Positions 1 through 7,636 of a stretch of 57,715 nucleotides of DNA are shown here, one piece after another (position 1 is the stretch's first letter; each line of letters starts with the position of its first letter). The stretch lies in the IMG/VR virus record IMGVR_UViG_3300032212_000007, positions 1 to 57,715 of that record; one strand, 5' to 3'. The position numbers and the translations under genes were made by a program. The DNA is from a virus (Duplodnaviria > Caudoviricetes). The notes beneath the pieces were generated by a model, which was given only the letters and a program-made list of their open reading frames with translations, searched no databases and was not told where the DNA came from.

Positions 1-87
1 TTGGAAAGAAGCTGAACCATATATTATGAAGGATGCTAAATGGGCTTATAGGTATGCTAGACATGTACTTGAAGCTCCTTGGAAAGA
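1..87. repeat. Terminal overlap identical to 57629-57715 (circular assembly overlap inside a 78-bp tandem repeat)
   Basis: First 87 nt match the last 87 nt exactly; the reading frame continues across the join. Confidence 0.9.
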
Positions 88-736
88 AGCTGAACCATAT
101 ATTATGAAGGATGCTAAATGGGCTTATTGTTATGCTAAAAATATACTTGAAGCTCCTTGGCAAGAAGCTGAACCATATATTATGACGGATACTAAATATA
201 CTTGCTGGTATGCTAAAGATGTACTTAAAGCTCCTTGGAAAGAAGCTGAACCATATATTATGAAGGATGCTGAATGGGCTTATTACTATGCTAGTTATAT
301 ACTTCAAGCTCCTTTTCCAGAAGCTGAACCATATATTAAAAAGGATGCTGAATGGGCTTATAGGTATGTTAGATATATACTTAAAGCTCCTTTTCCAGAA
401 GCTGAACCATATATTAAAAAGGATGCTGAATGGGCTTATAGGTATGCTAGATATATACTTAATACTCCTTTTCCAGAAGCTGAACCATATATTAAAAAGG
501 ATGCTAAATGGGCTTATTACTATGCTGAGTGGGTGCTTAGAGGTTCTTGGGAAGATGCTGAACCATATATTAGAAAAGATAAGTTCTATGCTCAAATGTA
601 TTTACAATATGTATGTAGAATCCCTTTTCCTGAGGGTGCTAAATATTATGAAACAGGTAAATCAATTCCTGAACCAGTATTAATGAGGTATATAAACGCA
701 AATATGCCTCAAGAAGCCGAGGAAAATGATGCATAA
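2..736 (+). CDS. 26-aa tandem-repeat protein, paralog D, 3' part (continues from 57384 across the contig join; about 326 aa in total)
   Basis: Repeats of WAYxYAxxVLxAP(F/W)xEAEPYIxK; in frame with the ORF starting at 57384 once the 87-nt overlap is removed; unique C-terminal extension. Confidence 0.85.
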   Translation, partial: WKEAEPYIMKDAKWAYRYARHVLEAPWKEAEPYIMKDAKWAYCYAKNILEAPWQEAEPYIMTDTKYTCWYAKDVLKAPWKEAEPYIMKDAEWAYYYASYILQAPFPEAEPYIKKDAEWAYRYVRYILKAPFPEAEPYIKKDAEWAYRYARYILNTPFPEAEPYIKKDAKWAYYYAEWVLRGSWEDAEPYIRKDKFYAQMYLQYVCRIPFPEGAKYYETGKSIPEPVLMRYINANMPQEAEENDA

Positions 737-920
737 TTATAGTAAAGAGAATTTTACATTAAATAAAATGATATTATTCCTTGCAATAATAGGATTAATA
801 GTTAATATACTATTTAACTTACCAATTACGTTAAACAGTATAAATACTTTATGTAGTAATTGTATAGTAGAGAAATACGGAGGAGAGATATATGGCGTAG
901 TCACAAACATTTTAGAATAA
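726..920 (+). CDS. Small predicted membrane protein
   Basis: 64-aa ORF with hydrophobic stretch ILFLAIIGLIVNILF. Confidence 0.4.
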   Translation: MMHNYSKENFTLNKMILFLAIIGLIVNILFNLPITLNSINTLCSNCIVEKYGGEIYGVVTNILE

Positions 921-950
921 TTTTTTAATAATGAAGATAAGGTTAATGAT

Positions 951-1550
951 ATGACAAATAAATTTAAAGTAAGCGGAGATATAGTATCTCCATTTGCTCC
1001 TATTATTTTCAGACATAATTTATGTGAGAAAATGGCATGGAGTAATAAAGAAAAGAAATCTGTACCGAATCCTGAAGGTACATATAGTGTTACACAGCTT
1101 TTTGATCCTTCTAATAAAGAGCATAAAAAGTTTATAGATAAGTTAGAAGAGTTGAATCAGAAAGCATATGAATTAGGTGATCCTGATAATAAAATTAAGA
1201 CACTATATAAGACTAGTGAGAAATCTAAATCTGTACCAGAGGGAATGAGAGCTTATACATGGACCCAAGCAGGAGATCGTTCTCCAACTGTAAAGGATAT
1301 GCAGAAGAATGAATTACCTGATAGTATTGTTAATGAAATGTCTTCAGGCTCTAACATTAGAGTTGTTCTCTTCTATAAAGAGATTGACGCTAATGGCTGG
1401 GGAGGTATAAAACTATACCTTAGAACTGTGCAGGTAAAAGACCTTCAGAAGTTTGGTAGTGACGATAATCTACTGGATGATGATGATGATGGTTTTGTTC
1501 TTGATGAATCAGTTACAAATTCTGATCTGAGTGATGAGGACTTCATCTAA
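951..1550 (+). CDS. Single-stranded DNA-binding protein (T7 gp2.5-like)
   Basis: OB-fold-like motifs (GTYSVT, GSNIRV, GIKLYLRTVQV), acidic C-terminal tail ending DEDFI, directly upstream of the primase-helicase. Confidence 0.75.
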   Translation: MTNKFKVSGDIVSPFAPIIFRHNLCEKMAWSNKEKKSVPNPEGTYSVTQLFDPSNKEHKKFIDKLEELNQKAYELGDPDNKIKTLYKTSEKSKSVPEGMRAYTWTQAGDRSPTVKDMQKNELPDSIVNEMSSGSNIRVVLFYKEIDANGWGGIKLYLRTVQVKDLQKFGSDDNLLDDDDDGFVLDESVTNSDLSDEDFI

Positions 1551-3145
1551 TGAGTTCAGGGTGGTTAGAGAGTGGACTACCGTGTAAGTACTGTCCTTCA
1601 TCAGATGCTGTGAGCTTAAATGATGAGGGATGGTACAAATGCTTCAGTTGTGGAGTGAATTATAAAGACAGTGATGAGATTGTTAACAAGAGGCGATACA
1701 TGAATTTAGTAGATGGACATATACAGGCATTAAAAACAAGAGGGATATCTTTAGAGACCTGTAAGAAATGGGATGTTAGCTGTGGGTATAATCAATCGGT
1801 AGCCGGTGTGATATTCCCTTACAAAGATGCTACAGGTAAAACTATTGCCCAAAAGTTTAGAAGCACTGATAAAGGCTTCCAACTCCTTGGTGAGACATCC
1901 AAAGTGTCTTCCTTACTATTTGGGTCGTGGCTATGGCCTGCTGGCAGTAGTATGAAGATCATTATCACTGAGGGGGAACTGGATGCTTTATCTGTATCAC
2001 AGATGCAGGGAAATAGATATCCTGTCGTATCAGTGCCACTAGGGGCTTCAAAAGGATCTTCCAAGATTACTAAAGTTCTTGCCGAGAATTTAACATACTT
2101 AAATAGTTTTCCAGAAATCATTTTAATGTTTGATATGGATGAGGCTGGACAGAATGAAGCCAGATTATGCTCTAAACTATTCTCTCCCGGTAAGTGTAAA
2201 ATAGCTTCACTACCTTTGAAAGATGCTAATGAGATGGTGAAAGCAGGGAGAGAGGAAGAGCTAAGGAAGTCTATTTGGAATGCTCAACCATACCGTCCAG
2301 AGGGTATTCTGACTATTGATGATCTAATGAGTGAATTGGATATTGAACCTGAACCGGGTATATCATATCCATGGGCACCATTAACAGAATGGACCTATGG
2401 TTTAGGGAGGCCTGAGTTCAATGTGTTTATATCCGGAACAGGTATGGGAAAGACTTCGATATATAGAGCTATTATGGCTCATATCTTAAAGGAGCATGAC
2501 GCTAAAATAGGGGCTATATTCTTAGAGGAAACACCTAAAGATACCATTATTAAACTAGCTGGTAATATGGTGGCTAAGAGATTTGATAGCCCCTTGATCT
2601 CCTTTGATAAACAGGACAGAAATGATGCTATTGAGTCATTACGAGGTAAGGTATTTGTTAACGATTTACGTGCTGATAATAGCTGGGTGAGAGTAGAAGA
2701 GAAGATTAGACATATGATCGTAGGAGAGGGATGTGAGTATATTTTTCTGGATCACTTAACTAAATTCAGTGATGGGGCCAGTGACCCTAATAAAACAATG
2801 GAAACAATATGTAGTTCTATTTCAGATATGTGTATGGAGCTAAACGCTAATATTAATTGTATTGCCCATACTAGAAAGACCGCAGGGGATGGGAAGAGCT
2901 TTGAAGAAGGTGGCAGACCGGGTAGTGATGATATTAAAGGTAGTGGGGCTATTAAACAATATGCATGGAATATATTAAGTCTTAGTAGGAACCAACAATC
3001 TAATGATGAGTATAAACGTAACATCAGTAAGATTACTTTAATTAAATGCAGGAATGCAGGAGAGAATGTAGGTAGGGAATTTTATATACGTTATGATCCT
3101 GAAACAGCTTTGTTAACTGAGGAACCTGATATGGAGGATTTGTAA
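1550..3145 (+). CDS. DNA primase-helicase (T7 gp4-like)
   Basis: Zn finger CKYC...CFSC; TOPRIM IITEGELDALS and FDMDEAG; Walker A GTGMGKT; FLDHL; DDIKGSGAIKQ. Confidence 0.95.
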   Translation: MSSGWLESGLPCKYCPSSDAVSLNDEGWYKCFSCGVNYKDSDEIVNKRRYMNLVDGHIQALKTRGISLETCKKWDVSCGYNQSVAGVIFPYKDATGKTIAQKFRSTDKGFQLLGETSKVSSLLFGSWLWPAGSSMKIIITEGELDALSVSQMQGNRYPVVSVPLGASKGSSKITKVLAENLTYLNSFPEIILMFDMDEAGQNEARLCSKLFSPGKCKIASLPLKDANEMVKAGREEELRKSIWNAQPYRPEGILTIDDLMSELDIEPEPGISYPWAPLTEWTYGLGRPEFNVFISGTGMGKTSIYRAIMAHILKEHDAKIGAIFLEETPKDTIIKLAGNMVAKRFDSPLISFDKQDRNDAIESLRGKVFVNDLRADNSWVRVEEKIRHMIVGEGCEYIFLDHLTKFSDGASDPNKTMETICSSISDMCMELNANINCIAHTRKTAGDGKSFEEGGRPGSDDIKGSGAIKQYAWNILSLSRNQQSNDEYKRNISKITLIKCRNAGENVGREFYIRYDPETALLTEEPDMEDL

Positions 3146-3354
3146 TGCCCTTATATAATGTAACTAAACGGACTCTTATCACAGAGGTGTTTAGCATTGA
3201 AGCATGGTCGGAGGATGATATTGATATTGTTGACCCTGATACTTATACTGATTTACTATCCCGAACTGAAAAAGATTATGGCACACCTAAGATAGACTTT
3301 ATAACTTATTTACCGGAGGAATTGATAGATGTCGAAAGATTTGATGACGTATAA
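3145..3354 (+). CDS. Hypothetical protein
   Basis: 69-aa ORF coupled to the upstream gene (TAATG overlap). Confidence 0.55.
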   Translation: MPLYNVTKRTLITEVFSIEAWSEDDIDIVDPDTYTDLLSRTEKDYGTPKIDFITYLPEELIDVERFDDV

Positions 3355-5455
3355 TGATATAGATTTAGATATCTCTAAAGTCTATACATTTGATATTGAA
3401 ACGGATGGCTTGAAGGATTATACCGTTATACACTGTATGGTTCTAGAGGACCTCCATACCAAGGAGATATTTGAATATACACCAGATGAGATAGTTAAAG
3501 GTTTAACTAAACTTAGTACTGCTGATGTGATTGTAGGCCATAATATTATAGGGTTTGACCTAAAAGTTATAAAAGACTTATATCCAGAACAATACAATCC
3601 TTTATTAGAGTGTGAAATATTAGACACATTAGTGATGTCACGATTATTATCAAATAATAGAATAGTACGTGATGAGGTGCTTATAGCAGCACAAAAGATG
3701 GCTAATGAGGACTTTCTAACTATGGATAGTTTCACAGGTCGTGTTAAGTCCTTAAAAGGGTCTCATAGTTTAGAGGCGTGGGGCAGACGTTTAAGTCGTT
3801 TGGATTTTAAAGGAGAAGATTGGAATAAAGGTGACTTTGGGAAGACTACTGATTGGAAGGAGTATACACCTGAAATGTTAGCGTATTGTAGGCAGGATGT
3901 TATACTTAATACGAAACTTCTAGAACTATTGCTGAAAGCAAAGGATACGTATAACTGTCCTTGGTTACCTATTCAGATGGAGTGTGAGCTACAGTTCATA
4001 TTAACAGAACAGGAACGTTACGGCTGTGCGTTTGATCTAGATAAAGCAACTGGACTATACGGTCTGTTAATACAGCGTAGAGAAAACTTAAAAGAGGAAT
4101 TAAGGCAGTCCTTTAATGGATGGACGGAGACCATGAAGACTCCGTTATATTATACTGCTGAAATAGATGACAGGAAGTTTAAAGCCGTTACGAAGAGTCA
4201 ATTAAGTGCTGAATTATATGCCTCATTTCAGTCTACAGATGTAAGACCGCGCTACAAAGTAACTAAGAAATGGCTGAATAAGTTTATTAAACCCGGTCCA
4301 TTACGTACCAAACATCATCCATTTAATCCGGGATCAGCTAGTGATATAGAGAGGGAATTCCGTAAGAAGTATAAATGGAGGCCAAAGGAGTATAACTATA
4401 ATGGTACTGCTAAATGTGGAGTCGAGGTGTTAAAGGATTTGGATTATCCGGAAGCAAAGCTATTAGTAGAGTTGGAAGTTGTTCAAGATCGTTTAGAGAA
4501 GTTAGCAGAAGGTAAGAGAAATCCCGGCTATATTCATGATATAGGAGATGATGGACGTATACACCATCATGTTAATACGTTAGGGACAATCACTAATAGA
4601 TGTGCCCATTCACGTCCTAATTTAGGACAAGTACCTGCTACTGGTGTGTTATATGGAGAAGCATTTAGAAGCCTTTTCACAGCGTCGGAAGGCCGTGTAT
4701 TAGTTGGCTCAGATTTATCTGGCATTGAAATGAGAGTACAGGCTGAGTATATGCACGAATGGGATGACGGTGAGTTTATAAAGTCTGTAGTATTTGGTAA
4801 ATCTTCTGAGGGCACCGATGCACATAGTCGAAATGCTGAGATATTAAAATGTGATAGAGCTACTGCCAAGACCTTTTACTATGCTATGATCTATGGGGGC
4901 GGTATGTGGAAATTAGGCGATACAGTAGGAATCACAGATACTGATATGAATAATCTAGGAGGACCAATGCCGCAGTGGATTTCTGCATATTTGGATGGTC
5001 AAGGTAAGGCAGTTAATACTGTTAACAGAGCTAAGGTAATGAAGGGAAAGAAGCTTAAAGAAAGAATGATTGAAGGAACTCCTGCTCTTGCAAATATGAT
5101 AGATCGCAGTAAGGAGCAACATAGTACCCAAGGCTATATAACATCTCTAGACGGTCGTCCAATCTTTACCAGAGCGGCTCATAGTGCTTTTAACAGTACC
5201 TTACAATCAGGAGGATCAATTGTTGCTAAGTTTTGGGTAATATGTGTAAATAGATTATTAACTCAAGAACAGATAGATGCTAAACAAGTGTGGTTTGTAC
5301 ATGACGAGATTGCACTAGACACACTACCTGAAGATGCTGAAAGAGTTCAAGAGATTTGTAAAGAAGCTATAAAGCTTGTGGAGAAATTCCTAGACTTTAA
5401 ATGTCCTCTGGATGTAGATACAAAGGTGGGTAAAAATTGGTTAGAAATACATTAG
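3329..5455 (+). CDS. DNA polymerase family A (T7 gp5-like) with 3'-5' exonuclease
   Basis: ExoI FDIETDG, ExoII GHNIIGFD, ExoIII YCRQDV; motif A DLSGIEMR; motif B RATAKTFYYAMIYG; motif C FVHDE. Confidence 0.96.
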   Translation: MSKDLMTYNDIDLDISKVYTFDIETDGLKDYTVIHCMVLEDLHTKEIFEYTPDEIVKGLTKLSTADVIVGHNIIGFDLKVIKDLYPEQYNPLLECEILDTLVMSRLLSNNRIVRDEVLIAAQKMANEDFLTMDSFTGRVKSLKGSHSLEAWGRRLSRLDFKGEDWNKGDFGKTTDWKEYTPEMLAYCRQDVILNTKLLELLLKAKDTYNCPWLPIQMECELQFILTEQERYGCAFDLDKATGLYGLLIQRRENLKEELRQSFNGWTETMKTPLYYTAEIDDRKFKAVTKSQLSAELYASFQSTDVRPRYKVTKKWLNKFIKPGPLRTKHHPFNPGSASDIEREFRKKYKWRPKEYNYNGTAKCGVEVLKDLDYPEAKLLVELEVVQDRLEKLAEGKRNPGYIHDIGDDGRIHHHVNTLGTITNRCAHSRPNLGQVPATGVLYGEAFRSLFTASEGRVLVGSDLSGIEMRVQAEYMHEWDDGEFIKSVVFGKSSEGTDAHSRNAEILKCDRATAKTFYYAMIYGGGMWKLGDTVGITDTDMNNLGGPMPQWISAYLDGQGKAVNTVNRAKVMKGKKLKERMIEGTPALANMIDRSKEQHSTQGYITSLDGRPIFTRAAHSAFNSTLQSGGSIVAKFWVICVNRLLTQEQIDAKQVWFVHDEIALDTLPEDAERVQEICKEAIKLVEKFLDFKCPLDVDTKVGKNWLEIH

Positions 5456-5464
5456 GAGATTGTT

Positions 5465-5620
5465 ATGCAGTTTGAGAAATATGTTAATTTCAAGGCACTA
5501 GATGTGTTAAGTATGGACGGAACAGAGTTAGCACAACTTCAAAAGGATGTTAGAAAGATGGCTAAACAGTGTTCAGATAGTCCCTATCAGTATAAAGATT
5601 CGGAGGTCCGTCATGTCTGA
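5465..5620 (+). CDS. Small protein (51 aa, not in the ORF track), similar to the N-terminus of 52447-52890
   Basis: AGGAG RBS; translation MQFEKYVNFKALDVLSMDGTELAQLQKDVRKMAKQC... Confidence 0.6.
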   Translation: MQFEKYVNFKALDVLSMDGTELAQLQKDVRKMAKQCSDSPYQYKDSEVRHV

Positions 5621-5771
5621 TGTCTTATCGCCTATAGAAGGTGATTTAGTTAAATTATCCACATATGGAAGGGAAGTAATCACTCGCTGGAGTTGGCGAT
5701 ATATACATCCCGATATTAAGGTAATAGAAGTATTAGATGAGGAGTGTGTAAGATATGATACAGCAGTTTAA
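5613..5771 (+). CDS. Hypothetical protein (start likely at MSDVL)
   Basis: GGAGG RBS before the ATG at 5613. Confidence 0.45.
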   Translation: MSDVLSPIEGDLVKLSTYGREVITRWSWRYIHPDIKVIEVLDEECVRYDTAV

Positions 5772-5922
5772 AGAAAGCTTACTGGCTTTAGTATATGCTT
5801 TGTTTATATTTTACATAGGAACTACAGTGATAGTTATATTATTACTAATTCTAGCGGCTTCTCCTGTATTCTTAATTATTAATACAGTACATGAATTCAT
5901 ATTAGATATTAGAGGTAAATAA
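5755..5922 (+). CDS. Small membrane protein (55 aa, not in the ORF track)
   Basis: GAGGAG RBS; long hydrophobic segment; stop abuts the exonuclease ATG. Confidence 0.5.
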   Translation: MIQQFKESLLALVYALFIFYIGTTVIVILLLILAASPVFLIINTVHEFILDIRGK

Positions 5923-6729
5923 ATGGTTAGGTTATTAATAGATGGGGATATTCTGATATATCAGACTAGTGTATCACTTCAAGTAAGCACTCCTATAAAC
6001 GAGATTATAGAATTAGAGGAACTTAAAAATGGGTTTCATAATAATTTCCTGACTAAGGAAGACGTTTCTGATATCATTGTTTCATGGGCCAATATAGATG
6101 ATGTGATGATGGAAGTTCATAGACGTGTAGATGCTTTAAAACGTAGATTTAAAACTGATAACATTATTATTACCTTATCAGACTTGAAAAACTTTAGGAA
6201 AGATGTTTTAGCTACATATAAGATGAATAGAAAGAATGTTATAAAGCCTGTATGCTTACCTTTTGTTAGAAAACATATTCAGCAATATTATCCGCATGTA
6301 ATATATCCGAGACTAGAGGCTGATGATGTGATGGGGATATTAGCTACTGATCCTGATAATAGTGAGGAACAGATTATTGTTTCTGATGATAAGGATTTAG
6401 AGCAAATACCGGGACGTTTATATAAGCCAATGACTAAGAAATTATTAACTATTACGGAGAAGCAAGGACAATACAAATGGTATGAACAAACACTGACAGG
6501 AGATGCTGTTGATAACTATATTGGATGTCCTAAAATAGGCCCAAAAAAAGCTAAACAAATATTAGATATTAACTTGACAGGTGAAGATGTTTGGAGTAAT
6601 ATTCTATCCACCTACCAAGGAGCAGGTTTAACAAAAGAAGATATGTTAGTGCAGGCCAATGTGGCAAGGATGTTAAAACATGGTGATTATAATATTGACA
6701 CTAATAAAATTAAACTATTTAAATATTAA
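5923..6729 (+). CDS. 5'-3' exonuclease (T7 gp6-like)
   Basis: LLIDGD, NFRK...YKMNR, LEADDVMG, SDDKDLEQIPG, GDAVDNYIGCPKIGPKKA. Confidence 0.93.
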   Translation: MVRLLIDGDILIYQTSVSLQVSTPINEIIELEELKNGFHNNFLTKEDVSDIIVSWANIDDVMMEVHRRVDALKRRFKTDNIIITLSDLKNFRKDVLATYKMNRKNVIKPVCLPFVRKHIQQYYPHVIYPRLEADDVMGILATDPDNSEEQIIVSDDKDLEQIPGRLYKPMTKKLLTITEKQGQYKWYEQTLTGDAVDNYIGCPKIGPKKAKQILDINLTGEDVWSNILSTYQGAGLTKEDMLVQANVARMLKHGDYNIDTNKIKLFKY

Positions 6730-6732
6730 GGA

Positions 6733-7296
6733 ATGAATATGACTAATATAATTGATTTCACTTCTGAAAAATCAAAACTTGCTTCTAAATCCGTTAAACC
6801 CCCTGAAACCGGTGATGACTATGATTTAGCCTCGTTAATGTCTACAGCCGATGAGGCAATAATCTATATGGATGTACAAGGTAATTATCCGCTTGATATT
6901 ACATGTATGAATACTGTGTTTAAAGTAAATAGAGATATTACCGCAGAGAATGTTGCATTACGTATGACTTTAATGCGTGAGGAATTTGAAGAGACTTATA
7001 AAGCTTTAGAAGGAGCCTTACATGATATAAAAAACACTGGTTCCATAGCGGACGAGACATATATAGAAATATTAGATGGACTTGTGGATCAGACAGTTAT
7101 TAATCTAGGCACAGCGGATATATTAAACATGGACTTTGACGGTGCTTGGGATGAGATTTTACAGAGTAACCTATCAAAGGTGGATACTGAGACTGGTAGA
7201 ATTGAGTATAGAGAAGATGGGAAGGTGTTGAAGGGAGCTAACTATAAAGCACCGGATTTAACTGAATATATTAACTTTCTTCAGGACTTGGAATAA
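6733..7296 (+). CDS. MazG-like / PRA-PH-family nucleotide pyrophosphohydrolase
   Basis: EEFEE...EILDGLVD...WDEILQSNLSK...YREDGKVLKG pattern. Confidence 0.75.
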   Translation: MNMTNIIDFTSEKSKLASKSVKPPETGDDYDLASLMSTADEAIIYMDVQGNYPLDITCMNTVFKVNRDITAENVALRMTLMREEFEETYKALEGALHDIKNTGSIADETYIEILDGLVDQTVINLGTADILNMDFDGAWDEILQSNLSKVDTETGRIEYREDGKVLKGANYKAPDLTEYINFLQDLE

Positions 7297-7634
7297 TGAA
7301 GACACAATCAGCTAAGGCAAAGGGACGTAGATTACAGCAGTGGGTACGTGATATGATCTACAAGACCTTTCCAGTACTGAAAGAAGGAGATGTAAGAAGT
7401 ACATCTATGGGAGCTGGAGGAGAAGATATACAATTATCCCCAAAGGCTAGGAAATCCTTCCCATATAGTGTGGAATGTAAGAGTAAGGCTAAATATGCAG
7501 TTTACAAGGATTATGACCAAGCTGTTAGTAATTGTGGTAAGTATCAGCCTTTATTAGTTATCAAAGCAGATAGAAGAGATCCTTTAGTGGTAATAGATGC
7601 TAAATACTTTTTTAAAATGGTTAAAAGGAAATAA
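7296..7634 (+). CDS. PD-(D/E)XK nuclease, probable Holliday junction resolvase
   Basis: SAKAKGRRLQ, SMGAGGEDI, SVECK motifs. Confidence 0.75.
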   Translation: MKTQSAKAKGRRLQQWVRDMIYKTFPVLKEGDVRSTSMGAGGEDIQLSPKARKSFPYSVECKSKAKYAVYKDYDQAVSNCGKYQPLLVIKADRRDPLVVIDAKYFFKMVKRK

Positions 7635-7636
7635 GA

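Noticed and set aside
1-87. Biological direct terminal repeat of the virion DNA
   Set aside because: Lies mid-gene inside tandem repeats; better explained as an assembly overlap
267-683. Alternate-frame ORF (MLNGLI... repeats) and similar 5' extensions at 43555 and 44987
   Set aside because: Frame shadows of the repeats; true starts follow the AGGAG motif; no in-frame slippery heptamer supports a programmed fusion
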